Position numbers and translations under genes: made by a program. A stretch of 64,000 nucleotides of DNA from Hydrolagus colliei. Taxonomy: Eukaryota. Of this stretch, positions 23,126 through 37,600 are shown one piece after another. The first letter of the stretch is position 1; the number at the start of each line of letters is the position of its first letter. Below the pieces are notes generated by a model that was not told where the DNA came from, did no database searches, and saw only the letters and a program-made list of their open reading frames with translations. The DNA lies in the NCBI GenBank assembly GCA_035084275.1, contig CM068757.1, forward strand, positions 2,790,001 through 2,854,000. The letters run 5' to 3'.

Positions 23126-25067
23126 TGCTTCCTTTGGTTTAGTCAAACCTGTCTTTCAGACATCTCAAGGGCTCGTTTGTCATCAAGGAAGTTGGTCAGA
23201 AGAGAATCCGTCGTGAAGGACAACAACAAAATTGGATTTGTATAGCGCCTTTCAAGTCAGGAGGACGTCCCTATATCAGCACTGTACCAAATGCATGGAT
23301 TATTATTATTATTATGAGTGCCAAGGAACTGGACCAGACATGCGAGTGGCAGTTCAGCTGAGTAAGCCAGACAGACTTGTCAAATGACTACTACGCTAGA
23401 AAGAATAAGAACTTACAATGAAATCTCTTTTGGTTATTTAAATTGTGCCAACATCCTTTAAAGTCATGGTGAAAATAAAGATCCGATGGTTTGAATGAGA
23501 ATATCATTTATTCCACATGAAAGTTGCTGGCACTCTTATCAGGCAAAACAAACGGCTGGGCAGAATTACTGTGCTGCTCACAGACCTTTGACTGTAATGT
23601 TTCTAACACGAATGCAGAGCTGACGTAGTTCCTTTCAGTGGTTGGCTATCTCAAGGTGTTTCAGCCTGAGTTGTTTTTAAACTTACAATGTCAAAGTCAC
23701 CAGTACGTTAAGGTACAATACCAGTGGTGCAAGATCACCACTTTCAGCACTCTCACTGCATGTTTGTCTTTTGCGCAATGTGATATTTTGCATTGTATCA
23801 ACACCAAATGTTAATAATAAAAGTAATTACATTTGATATGGCAATTTATCACACTCTGGGTGTCTCAAAGCAAGTCATGGGGTTTAGTGTAAAGTGTAGT
23901 GGCTGTGTATTTGTAGGCAATAAATAACCATATTTATTGACGTATTTCTTTCTTTAGCTGGATAAATTATTTCTCTGTTTTTTTCCCTTTATCTCTTCTG
24001 TCCGCAACACATCTTGATTTTGTTTGTGACACCTATACCAGAGAAAACGTCTGCTCGTGTCTCGTGATGGGCCAACTGTTATTTAACTAGGACGCTACCA
24101 AGAAATTTACTTGTCTTGACGCAAACCGAGTTCCACTTTATTAACAGCAGCCTAAGATGATGGAGTACCTGGAAATGGTCATGATCAACTGGGGATCCAA
24201 TTTCAGTAAGTGTACAAAACAGCAATTTAGGTTTCACTTCAGTCTGAGCATTGTTATGGAACTTTTCCTTAGGAAACATATGGCTCTGTAATTCAAGCAG
24301 TCGTTGATGTCTAATAATCGTCAACAAAAATAGCAAAGTGTAACAGATTGTTACAGCTGGTGTATTGAATAATGTAAGGATTGGACCTTGAAGGCCTAGA
24401 TGTAAAAAGGCTTGATGCCTAACCTCCCATTTCTCGATGGAAATGGCAAGGGAGCAAAATTACTGATGTACAGTTCACAAATCATGCTCTGAGCTGAGCA
24501 AGTCACTATTTAATGACAATTGCCCCCTGTCATTCCCCTCCCAACCCTCCATGCAATTTTGCCCCAAATCAAAACACTTTTAAGATTATAAGTCATTATA
24601 TTTCAAATATTAAATAGAATGTGTGATACCTTTTTCTATACATTTTAAATTCTTATAAGCAAAGATGTCCCTTGCCCCAAGCCCATTCTATAAGAATAAT
24701 AATAATCCTTGCATTTAATACAGTTTTGTGCATTTCATGTAGGGAGCATGTCTCAAAGTATTTAGTGTGAAGAGTATTTACTGTGTATTTTATAGTCAAA
24801 TGTTTCAATCAATATTCTTAAAAAGTTAGAGACATTCTCATGTAAAGAGGGAACCAGAAAGTAATATTTTTCTGATGGAATCTTCCCCTTCTCAATATTT
24901 TTCTTTTCACTGGGATCATAGAATAATATTCTCGTCTTAGTTTAAACCTGATTTTCCTTGTGGGGTCAATGGTGTTGTTCAGACATTTTATTTTATGGTT
25001 TTTAATTATGGTGAACTAAATATTTAATCAAAGCCCAGATCAGTGAAATACTATATGAACAACAGAC

Positions 25068-25382
25068 AGGAGTGATTTTATTGAGGTATTTAAAATAATA
25101 AAGGGATTCGATAGAGTAGATACAGACAAACTATTTTGTCTGTTGGGGGAATCCAGAACAACGGTGCAGAATCTGGAAATTTGAGCTAGGCCATTTAGAT
25201 GTGAAATCAGGAGGCAGGTTTTCACCCAAAGGTAGATATCTGGAACTCTCTCCCCCAAAAGACTGAGGTAGGTAATTGGTATTTGTTAGATAAGGGTATC
25301 AAGCGATATGGGGCAAGGACAGGTAATTGTGGAGTTGAGGTACAAATCAGCCATGATCTTTTAGAATGGTGGAAAAGGGCCC
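25068..25382 (+). mobile_element. CR1 LINE 3' end remnant
   Basis: Translates as SDFIEVFKIIKGFDRVDTDKLF (CR1 GDLIEVFKI.KGFD motif), followed by a typical 3' UTR ggagttgaggtacaaatcagccatgatc. Confidence 0.8.
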
Positions 25383-26559
25383 AAATCATAAACATATATG
25401 TTGCAAATGGAATTCTAGCAACAAGAATGAAATCCCTTTTAAAATAAATATGATCAGTTTTATTTAATTTCATTTGTTTAGGATTACCTTACATGATTCT
25501 CAATTTCAAGTCTTCAATTTGGTCAGAGAAGCTCTGCTAAAAAGCAACTGATCCATAATCTTACACATTCAGACAGGGGGGATTTCTGTGAGATAATACA
25601 ACAGGAGAATCCATTCAAACTCAAACAATAAATCAGGTGATTCTGACACATTGATCTGTGGATAATCTCTGGTAATGTATAATATTAAATTAAAGCAACA
25701 AAGGACTGTTCCTTATCAAGACTATACTCCTAATGCTGAAAGCTCCTGCCTGCAGTGAAGATATTGTAATTGCCACCCATGTGTTGCGATCAACAAAAAG
25801 CATGTGACATGTTTGGCAGAACAGCAGGGAATAGGAACATAAATTTTCATTGAGTTTAGAATTCACGGGTGGAAGAATCACATAAAGGTTTTTGAAGTGT
25901 TTGTTCCATCAGGTTTGCTTGCTTTTAGAAGCGTTGATTCTTGTTGTCTCAAAACTCAACCTTAAACTCTCAAGAAAGAAACACTCAAAATTACTGCACA
26001 CAGGAGTTATTTTTGGAAAGCAGTGTTTCAGTGTTTCAGGGGTAGTCTGAAGACATAAAGTGGTGAGCATTATTCTTCTGTGATCTAAATTCACTGCCTA
26101 TTTTATTAAGTAGATGAAAAAAATAATAAACAGCTTTGATATGAGAAACCAAGCAAACGTAGGTAAGTGGAAATGCAGCTGAACTGAGGTGGAGCTTGTG
26201 GGCTCATTATGCTTTGAAAATATTTGCATTCCTGACCCTAAAACTACAAAGCATTAGATCTGGGCTGTAGGATAAAAAGTCTACAGCTCCCTTTGTTATC
26301 CTAATATGAACCTACATCTTTTTATAATGATAAATACAAAAGCAATGGTTGTTTTCCTTTCTCTAAAATAAATTGTATTCTTCTCATTGAATTTTTGCTG
26401 TGAAAATTAACTTTGAAGCATAATGCACTTTCAGCAAAAGCTTGTAGAAGCATTATCCATTGTAAATTTGGTATTTGGGTAGAATACCATTACAAAAGGT
26501 GTGAATCAGGCTTGCAAGCCAGAGACATACAAAATATTTACAATTATGCTATGTGTCGA

Positions 26560-27320
26560 ATACTCATCCAAAGGTCAGAGGAGGCAGCAATGATCTTACA
26601 AAGAGAGCTGGATAGGTTATACACACTGGCTGTTCACTGATGAATTCAGTTTAATGCAAAGAAATGCAAAGTACGACCATAGGAAGTAAGAATAGGATGC
26701 ACATGTCCTCCATGGATGGGATGGAATTAGCTAAGCGGAGAACTAAAAAGCAATTTAGGGTTGTTAATTGAATCATTGCTCACTTTGCTAATGCAGTGTG
26801 ATGCAGCAATAAAGGAGGCTAACAGGATTCTAGGCTTTATTGCCAAAGCAGTAAGGTTTAGATCCTCAGATATCATGTTCAGGCTATATTGTCCCCTGGT
26901 CAATACGATGTTTGTCCCTGTGATATAAGGAAGCAGGGACAGCCTCTGATGTTGGAGGAATGAGTTATGAGAAACGATTAGACAATGTAGGCTCTTCAGT
27001 CTTTAAAGGTGAAATCCTCAAGGAGACCTTATGGAAGTATATTGGATTTTAAATGGGACTGAAAAAACACATAAACCTAGAACAATACTGCATTACAGTA
27101 GAACTAGAGGATGTAGGTTTAGAGTAGCAAAGGTGTAATTTCAGAACCAGGAATTATTTAGAAATGAATAACTGGAACAATTGCCAGGAAGAGCTGTTGA
27201 GGCCAGAATATTGTGACTCGTTTCTATATTAAAAAAAAGCTCAATGCAGTGAGTATTTTGGAAGGATGAGATCAAATAAACTGAAGTTTTTTTTACCCCA
27301 TCTGAATCACTCTTGATATG
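26560..27320 (+). mobile_element. CR1 LINE ORF2 (RT C-terminal region) remnant
   Basis: Degenerate LQRELDRL...QFNAKKCKV...G.KN...QCDAAIKEANRILGFIAK...RLYCPLV...GDLMEV, broken by stops and frameshifts. Confidence 0.85.
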
Positions 27321-30300
27321 TAAAGAAAAGCATCATACTGAAAATAAGTCTTGCTGTCGCTATTGACGGTTTAGCAGCTTGTCAATCCAAATGTGTGAGG
27401 AATCGCTTGTATCTTCCACTTTCATCATAACTTGTTCATTCAATTCCTGGCATGAGGTATTTCAGATGTCATGCACTCATTCTCTATCATATGTGGCTGT
27501 GCTTTTCCCTAGTTTCCTAATCAAACAGTCTCTGGTTGAAGGATCATCCCTAACTCACACAATTGCTTCCCATATTAGAAAGTTAAATTGTGCTCGGTAC
27601 ACAAAGGTACCGAGCATAGCAGCACCGTAGTTATGTGAACGGACACATCTCATCTATCAATGTGCTTCCAATCTAATGTCTTGCTGGATTCAGAATTGTG
27701 CCTATGGAAGTGTTAACGGCTTCACAAAGAATAATTGGGGGAGGGGTGGGGCGGTGGGAAACAGCCCAATTAAATAAAAATCTACAGATCCAGCAGTCGG
27801 CTTTCCCAGCAGGTGCTAACTTTCACAGTTCGGTGTCATTCTTTACACTTTTGATTCAATTTCAGCTGGATGTTTAGTAATGGCTTTGCACTATTGATTT
27901 GAAAAATGCAGAACGGGATGCGAAAATTAGCAAGTCACCCGTTGTATTTCACCCCCCATTTTTCTTCTCTTCTCAATTGCTCCCGTTTTGTTTGTTACCA
28001 GGAGTGTTGTGTGATGTAAATCCACTTGGCACGGATATTTTGGTGCTGGAGATTCTATGTCAAGTTGGGAGAAAATCTTTCTGAATTGGACATTGTGTAG
28101 TTTGGGATCCAGGAAGACGATAGCTAACTTTGAAGCAATAACAATGCATTGTACATTGCTTGTTCACATAGTCCCGTAAATGCGCAACACACGTGAAATG
28201 TAGCAGTGAGAGCCATGGTGTACATGGTGCACAGAACAAAGGTAAAAATTAGCCCTAAAAGCAGAACCATCACAAGCAGTGACATAGTTTCTCACAGAGC
28301 ATTACTGCTGTTTGGAAAGTTCCCCCCAAACTCTTTGTATTTTAAACACTTTAATAAATCAGACGTTACTTGAAATGTCATTCTGTTACATTGAAATGTC
28401 CTTGTTGTTTTCAATCTGTCGTGTCAGAATATTGGCCACATCTATTCATACAGCTTGATTCTCCCACAATCTGTTCTGTTGATGCAATAGGAATAACTTC
28501 TGGATGCTAATGAATACAATAAGAAGGATTTATGACCTTTCCTGATAGGCCATTACTTTCTGCCTATATGTAAATTAGGACTCTTTTACAGTCAGTGAAA
28601 TGGGTACATGAGTAAACAAGCTGAATGAGCTCCCCTAGGAAACCATGGGAAGTTAATGATCTTCCTTTGATTACAGTTAGGCAGAATTTAGTACAATCAC
28701 AGAGTAATTAGGGAAGAAAATTAGATGGGAGCGAATGCACAAACAGGTGTCCGTGAGCCCAGAGATGGGAGTTTCTTGGTACGGGTGATCTAATGAAGAG
28801 AAATGACTGTAGTTCCAGAATGAATTATCATAACAGTGATGTGTACAGCCACCTACCCGCCACCTACCCCCCAGGATGAATATTGTGAGCAGAACTTCAG
28901 GGAGGTAAGCACCACCACAGCAGCTGGGGAACTGTAAAACGGGAAGTTAAAGAGAAACCTTGGGATTAGCTCTCACGCTGTTCTTTTTTGAAAATGCGTT
29001 GCTTTCTTTTCCATTGACCATGCTTCCAGTCATTGTTCACCCAACTCCTTGCTCTCGGTTCCATTGCCCAGACAGAATTGTCAAATACTTTAGGACATCC
29101 TCCTAACGTGAAACGTACCATATAAATGAAAATTGCATTGCATTTAACTTTCTGCTTTACGAGAAAGCTGATGCAAAACAACGTAGTGTTTGCTGGCTGC
29201 ATCAGTACTCCGAGACATCATCCTGTTTGAAGGTCACGCTAGATTTATTTGTTGTCCATGTTGAGCTGAATCATAGCACAATCTCCAAGGTCTGTCTGTG
29301 GTCACAGGGATCGTGGAGTCGGGCATGTGTTTCAAGCGTTGCCGCTGTATTAGAATTTGCTATTGAATCGTAGCCGACATGTGATGTGAAAGCACCTCTT
29401 CCAGGTGTTCTTGCTGTTGGTAAGACATTGGTAGTTTATTAATTTATTAGGTGCCAGCGGAGCGGGGAAAGTGGCTGGGTTAGAAAAACTGTCATCGAGG
29501 AAATTATAGCAGAATATAAAGCATGTTGGTATCTAACTGCAGAACAGGTGTTTGTTGCATATGTGCAGCTGGCTTGGTGACCCTGCAGCTCTACTGGTGA
29601 AGACTAGAATACTAATTCAGGTCCCAAGTTTGGCTTCAGCCTCAACTGTGTTTGCAAAAGCTTGTCTCCGTGAGTACGTTTTGTCCATTTGGGAAAGGTT
29701 TCTTGGAGAAATGGTGGAACAGAAGGGGAATTTGCCTCGACCTACTAATTACACTTGCAAACCGACACAAAGGAGCATTGGCAAATGCACAGAGCACCCG
29801 GGACTCAGACTTATGGACATTATCAGCTGAAGGAGTGTGGAAACAGTAATAATTAACTGTGCTCTACAATCACATTTGATTGAAAAAAGTTATTTAACAG
29901 TCCTGTTTAAATCACCCAGCTGACTGTCTGTCATGTTCAGCATCTGGTATTTGGGCTCAGGAGGTTCAATGAACTGTAAATTTTATTTATAATCTTGGAG
30001 TTAGGGAGATTGAAACATTTTGCTTTTCTCTAAAATTTTTGAAAGCTGCAGATGTTAGTTTTTGGAGAAGAACTTTTGTGGTGTTCAAATTGATAGTTGG
30101 ATCCAGATGTGGGAATATTTGGGGGATTGTCGACAGGGCAAGCTGATTCTGAATGATTTAGCATTTGACTGTTCAATGTTGAGCTGTGCTAACAGTGAAT
30201 TTCAGAAGTAGGGCAGAAAACCTGCTTTGTGGTGATGTGCTGGATGAAACTTGACAACTGGGGAATGGACCAAGTTGTAAAGTTTTTTTTGTCACACAGA

Positions 30301-32164
30301 TTTCTGTTTACTTTCTCTGAGAGCCCGTCAAATAACATTGGACAGATGGTCATTACAAATAAGAATTTTCACAGCCAGCAGCAATGGCTAAGAGCCAATT
30401 AGAGACCTATTGTAACAGAGCTCGCCCTCGAGTAGCAGAATTAATCTCCTGCTCCCGTTTCACTCCAACATCACCGCATTGAACATGGAACAGTGACTGT
30501 GAGGGGAAAATTCCAGCACAGACAAAATGGGCTGAATAACTTATTTCTGTGCTGTAAATTTCTATCATGTTTATGGTTCTGTATCCAAAGTGGTTACCCT
30601 GATAGAGCTTGATTTACAAAAAAAATGCAAAAAGCTTTTTTTTTGGGAAATGTTTACGTGACATGAGGTGTAATCTCTGACTAGGCGTGTGTGTGTTATT
30701 CCTACATTTGGCAATGTGCATCTTCTCTAAAAGCCATTGGTGATGCCTAAAAGGCCTTCCGCATCTGAACCTCACTTGAGACTTTATGAAGATGCCTGAG
30801 AGAATCGTCTTGTGCAGGCACAATCCATGTCCTACCACTCCACAGCAAAGAACATCACAACATCATGAAATACAATGAGCCACCAAACACCAAGGTATGA
30901 AGTCGACTGTTAATTGAAGTATTTTGTTTTTGCACAATACCACTGAATCTACTTCGGCTTGAAGAGGTGTGTACGCAAAGAATGCGGAACATTTTGGGGG
31001 AGCATAAATTAATGTGTTTGGTCAAGTGTCAGAATAAAGATAAAGCGGCTGACTAAGAAATCTATTTTCTCCTTCGTTGACTCAGAATTGGAACTCATGA
31101 ACTTATGAGAGAGCATAAAAGCTTTCTCCGCAAATCACCTGGAATGTATGATTGATTGCAGAGATGGGAAGGGTGATTCAGGGCCTGTGTTGATAAATGA
31201 CAGGCAGCAGCAGTTTCTCATTGGTCTGGCACAATCAGGTTCAATACACATTTAACAATGTCTATTATATAAAGTAGAAACTTATCTGAGCACCTCAAAT
31301 TTGACATAGACATCCAGGTATTAAGTGAGGGGAGAGGGATTATTTTACAAAGTCAAAGCAGTTGCCGTATAAGATTTCTTTCAATAGCACATACAAGTAT
31401 CAATATACCCATTGGAATCAATGTACCCCCAATAAACATTGATGCAGTTCTACGGTATAAGCCATAAACAATGCAATAAGTCATTAGTACATTATTTTAC
31501 ATGGAGAGCAGTTCAAAGACAGCAGAATCATGTCTGACTACAAAAACTCATATGGCTAGTTCCTTCAACGATCAACCAAGTCCCCAAACACCAGATCGTG
31601 AAGAACAGTAATCTTTGCACGTCCTGATAATTGGCACAAATCTCACAATGTTTGCGTAGGTTTTGTTTCAATGTAAACTACTCTAAATTGCCCTGAATAA
31701 AAAAGTTAGTCTCAATTGAGTTCCTGATGGGTTCTATTTTGTGATGTTGATTTTCGAACCTCTTCCATTCCATCATTATGGATAGAGTAGAATCTACTTT
31801 GGATGCAATAGATTTTTATTTGTTCAGATGGATGTGTGACCCTGAAACTCATTATCGTAGATAAAAGTGTCCAAACCGGACTGCTGGTTTCCACTTGGAT
31901 GACACAATGAGGCTTGTGAAAATGATATACTGTATGGTATTGCGTTTCCCACCCGTAATATCATAATATGCATCCAATGGTAATTTTTCACTCACATTTT
32001 ATCAGTTTTAAATACTCAACTCCCGCCTGAAATGAAATAGGTGCAATCAATATATCATCAGGATGCAAATGTACCTTATCTATTGAAGCGAAATAAGTTC
32101 AAATACAGGTGATTTTCTTTCCGACAACAAATTGAGGATTTTGAACAAGCTCTGCGGGAAAGCA

Positions 32165-32285
32165 ATAAATAATAATAATAATCTAATCCTTGCATTTGAT
32201 ATAGTGCCTTTCATGTATTCTAGACGTCTTGAAGCCCTTCACAGAATATACTGGAAAGTGAATTGACTGTATATTTGTAAACATA
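32165..32285 (-). mobile_element. SINE tail fragment
   Basis: (AAT)n-tccttgcatttgatatagtgcctttcatg...gacgtcttgaagcccttcacagaatatactggaaagtgaattgactgtatatttgt. Confidence 0.85.
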
Positions 32286-32299
32286 TGGAACGGGCTCTT

Positions 32300-32480
32300 T
32301 GGGGAGACGTGAAAGCAGAAAGTGTTGATTCTTTCAAGAACAAATTGGATAGATTTATGATCGATGCAGTATGTAGTTTGGGACATAACATGTCATACAA
32401 CTGCCAGGATGAATGAAATAGAATTGGAAGGACCTTGGTCTTCTTTAGCCTAGCAAATGTTTATGTGGTTATGTTCTTAT
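32300..32480 (+). mobile_element. CR1 3' end remnant
   Basis: gaaagcagaaagtgttgattctttcaagaacaaattggatagatttatg (A.S..SFK.KLDRFM motif), ending in ttatgttctta. Confidence 0.6.
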
Positions 32481-34359
32481 ATCTTCTGAGCATTATTTTA
32501 AAAGATTTTCATTGAATTTATCCATGTTTTGTACTGATTTTTTTTAACAAGAAAATTAGCTCCTGAATAAACCAAAACAAACCTGTGCTTTTATTTGGTT
32601 GATGAATAAAGACTTTACATGGCCCTTTAAGAAATTTTTATCTGAATACGTTTGCCCTTTTATAAAAGTTCCAAATGCATAGCACCTCCTACTGATGTAT
32701 TTTGAACTATTATTCTTCAAATTAAGGCAAAGCAGCTGGTGAGTAAGTTAATATGAACTGCAGATAAGCCATTCGCATTAGCTGCCTAATTAAGATAATA
32801 TTAATGCTAAATTCCGGGTTGCACAGACCAAAGGGCTACAAACAAGAAGGTAATTTGCTATCATTTAGTCTATTTCTACTTTCTGTCATTAATATCTTCT
32901 CTGTACATCTATGCGTTTTGACACAAAAAGCAATGATCAGATTAAGGGCTGCATGGGCATGCTGCAAGAATGACATGACCAAGACTCTTGATGCTGAAGT
33001 TTCTAAAGCTGTCGATAGCCGAAAGGTGTGTTAAGTGTGTAATACCACATAAACCAAACCAAAGCACACACGTTTGTTTTTATTATTGGGGAGGTTAAGG
33101 AGTGGGAATCACTTACCACAAATGCTTCAATGTACAGGAGTTCAGCTTGAGATGAAAAGAAGACAAAAGTTCATTGTAATTTACAGAATCTGTGCACTGA
33201 TTTTACAAATGTTCCTTCATCCAGCTCTGACATGAAACTGGAGTTAAAACATTGAATGCAAAGCATTGAATAACAACAACAACAATTTGCAACAAAGAAC
33301 CTCAGAGCGTTTGAGTGCACATCACCTTGTGCAGAGGCTCAGAGATTGACAGTAAAGGATTTTTTCTTTCCACATTCCACCGAATCTGCGCATGTGGTGA
33401 GTTGGTGAATTAAGTTTACTGTTTGATAGTTTTCATATGAAATTTGACCTACTTGTCCTTTCTCAATTAACAGTGCCAAGCTTGGAATCTGTGAGAAAAC
33501 ATTCCAAAAGCAATATTAGTAAATCACCAGAATCACAGTAAACGGTTCACATGGTGATAATTCTACTTTAACACTGTTGGAATTGTAAATTGGAATTATG
33601 AAGTATGCTAGTCACTGAAAAGTATACCAACATAGCGATCCTTCTCGGTATATTAAGGTTGAAACCAAGCACGGCCAACTATGCTTTACTGGAATATGAT
33701 GCCGCAATTTATAGGTACTGTAAAATCAACAACAACAAGATTACATTCATAGAGTGTCTTTTACATCCGGAGAACGCCCCCAAGGTGCTGGAAATGTGGA
33801 AAATAATGAAATGAATCCAAATTCCCAACAGATAATTTAGCTGAGGAAACAAGTTTTGTTGAGTTCCCTTAACTATCTCCAGTATACTAGACTGACACCT
33901 GTGAAATAGGGTTAGGTGTGTGAAATTTCCTTTGCAAAAGCCTTTGCCATACGAGAGAAATGTCTGCCGACAGTGTGAGGAAGTAAACCATATTGAAGAT
34001 TGTTAGAAACCTATAAGCAAACTTCACACCAGCAATCCAATCCAGGGATTCATATCCAAGAGAGCACAGTTCAAGCATTCTGTCATCTAAAGTTTGAGAT
34101 TGGAATCGTGTATGAAATTCAGTTCCACATCGTTGATGTCATTTACAGTGTGGCAGCCAGGGAAATTGTGTTAAACTATTTCCTTCAGCCTTGATGGGCT
34201 ATTTATTTGTGCATCAGAATTTAATACCATTTAAATCGCAACATGCCACAGCATGAGAAACATTGGGTCAAGATCATGATGTGGGATGTTAACCAAATGA
34301 CCTCTTGTTTAAGGTTTTATCCCTATAATCAATGTGTAGTTAATTTCCTATTTTGACTA

Positions 34360-34630
34360 TAGTGCTTCACGGATTGTACTGTAAATTGAATTGACTGTAT
34401 ATTTTGTGGGTGAAACACGGCAGCCAATTTTCACACAGCAGTGTTCCACAAACGGTGATGAATTGAGTGACCAAATAATGATTATTTTATTTTTTAAAGG
34501 ATTATTAAAGTGATCCGCCGATCGACGAACAACCAAGTTCTCACTTCCTGCTAGGTAAACAATGGTGTGTGGAGAAAGGAAACTTGCCTAATGTTTTGCC
34601 CTGCCAGGAATTGAACCCAGGTTCTCTTGC
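34360..34630 (-). mobile_element. SINE copy with a ~57-nt internal insertion
   Basis: Matches 58241-58525 on both sides of the foreign segment 34507-34563; B box present as ggaattgaaccc (reverse complement). Confidence 0.8.
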
Positions 34631-37600
34631 TTTCTCTTTCAAACCGATATAAGACTGCTTAAAACAAACTGCGTTTGAGGAATAATTTTAGTTTTAACTT
34701 CCTGAAATTAACATGTGTCGTGCGTATAATATTAAATGTAGCAATGCAATTTATGTGGGTCATCAAGTCATTTTCTCTGGCAAAACTGATAGTGTAGAAT
34801 TCTCTGCCACGTTCTTTGGCTTGGTTGGACAGTGATACGTTTTAGCGCCTTCTCACTTTCACTCAGCTTCACCCGTCTTGAATTCAGGGAGGCTAATCCT
34901 AGATTTTCCTACTCTTTATAGGAATATGAAGAAAAAATAAGTTCAGTCCACTGAGCTGCTCACTCCCATCATATCATATAGAATTGTTGCTGTCATGAAT
35001 CTTCCCAACTACATATAATTTAATCTCCTGATAGAGATGAGTAACTACAGATGGAACCTCCGGAAAGCAGATCTCTGAAGGTTATCAAAGAAACATCTAT
35101 TTGCCTCATTCAAACCTTTCTGTCTTTCCCAATAGGCTTCTTCCATTGGGGGGCCCTGCTGTGCTACTTGAATCTGTAGCACAGACCCACGGTGCTTTAC
35201 AGCACGGAAGAAAACATCTTGGCTCATCGTGTCTGCGCTGGCTCTTTGAAATTCAGTCCCACTTACCTTTGTGTTCCATTGGCTGCATCAATGTGTATTG
35301 ACTTCCATTTTCCCATGTTTAAATTCTATTTGCTACCGCTTTATTTGTTTATTTGATCCCAACCATCAGTTCAGAGGCAGATCCCTGACTGTCCAGCACC
35401 TTGGGGCATACTCCTGATGCGAAAGACTCTGTTGTTGTTGTTGTGGCTTGTTATTGCCAGATCAACTTCCACACCAGATACCTAACGGACTAACAATTAT
35501 ACTGCCCCTTTTGCACCGTCACATCATGTGGTTCCACAGCTAAGGATCTTCTACATTTTAGATGTAGTTTTGTTTCTTCGCCAGTGAAGATGTTGTTGTT
35601 GATCGAGATGTTGGAGTCTCCGAGAGATATTTCGCTCTCAGCCCTAATAAAAGCTTTGTCTCTCCAGAGTAAAAGCAAGCCACAACATCTTCTGTCGCTG
35701 TCTTCTAAAATTAGCTGGAAATTCGGAACAAAAGGACTCGGTGATGTCACATACCAGATGCTTATCAGCCTTGTCGGTCACTAAATCTGAGAGGTAGGAA
35801 CTCCTTGCACCAAACAACAACAAACTGCGTTTATTTGCTGCTGGCGCCTTTCACGTCGGAAGGACGTGAGAAGAAAATGAAACCTCAGTCCCGCAGCTTA
35901 TTTTTTGACGTTTGCATTGTGACGGTAGCTGTTGTGGAAATTGGGCAAATCGTTTGGTTACTCATTTCTGCTGGCTTTGCTGACTTGTAGGCAAGCGCTG
36001 TACCATATTCATTCTATCCATTTTCAGTGCGGTGATATTGTGACAATACAAGGCGATTTTTTTTTATTTTACTGCCACTTTTGATTTGCCACCCCAGAGC
36101 ATCAAAGTGACAATAACAAGATGTCACTTTTCCTCAGGGAAGCATTCCAGACCAACCGTACAAGCAATAATATAACTCAAATAATCTGGTCATTCTTTTG
36201 CAGTAGCTGCCAGTGTCGCCAAATTGAGCTCATGATCCGATTGCCCATTAAAGAATGTGCAATCACTTGCATCGACGCTGGGGCTAACTGATGCATTTAT
36301 GTGCATGGACAATTTGGTGCTGAAACAAAGTGACAAGGTGTAGGAAACAGCAATAACACATGACCTTGTCAAAGGGAATCTGTCCAAAGAAACAAAGGAT
36401 TTCACTGAAAATAACAGCAGATAGTAAATGGAATTTAGTACAGAAACCATAAATATTTATTGTACTTTTTATCATCTTTGCTAAAATAGTAAATACATAG
36501 TTATATGTTTGTCTCATATCCCCGCAGGGACAAAATTATGTATTTATTTTTCCCAGGTGAAGTCTGCTGTAACGTTTGGCTATGTACTGAGAGTTTAATG
36601 ATGAGTGCTCCAGGTATAACAATAGTAACTTATTGATGGGTAAGGACCTCTTCAAATCTTCATGCCTTCAGGTTGCTGTTTTGTGGAGAAATGAATGCAG
36701 CTGTGAAATTTATTTTGAATAACATTGTCATTCTTTCTTTTCTAGGGAAATGCAGGAAACACACAAAGGGAATGCTCTATTAAAGGCTCCCTGTACTGAC
36801 CTGGACTTGTTTGGCCAAGCACCTTTGGAAAGAACCTGGACTTTGACTGGTAGGAAACCCTGACGATTGAATGAACTTCGTGAAATAAATTCCAAATAGC
36901 AGAGTGACACCATGTGAAGGACAAGGTTGTGAAAAGCACCGGTGAAGATTGCAGGTCTTCGTGACCTCAATAGGCAGGCTGTACTCTTGTGTTCTGAATC
37001 AGAGTTCTGATGCCTGACTGGCGTATAACGCATTCTGTACAATTTGTCTCTTTCAGTGAATCGAGTGCTGGGTCGGAATGTTGGATTTTATCGAATGTGA
37101 AATCCGTCTAGCAATCTTTAACGGCAAAAAGAGGCAAGTTGTTTTTACCTGAATAATGAAGCATGGGAATCTTCGGTCTGGCTGATTTATTCAGCTGCAT
37201 CTTGATGCCATTGACTTTGGAATTGGGAGAGCCTGACTCCACGAATTAAAGCTCCAGTTCTACTTTTAATAAACAATGTTGATTTCATAAACTCCTCATC
37301 AATTCATGGTTAATCTGTGTGTGCTCAGACTTAATATTTAAAATGTGTCTGCCAGCAAATCAATTACTGAAATTAAAATTAAACATCTTCTAAAAGAACT
37401 TTAATTAATGTAAGATGCTGCCAAATCCAGATTAATTTCCTTAAGGGCACTAGCCTGATAAAAAAAAATCTTGTATTGAACACTTGACAAAACATAGTGG
37501 GTTTTTGTTCTGAACATTAATTGAATGAGTGAACAAGAAAGTTGGCAGCACTGTGCAACTATGCCAGTACTAATCATGTCGTCAAGTGTTGAGTTACAAA

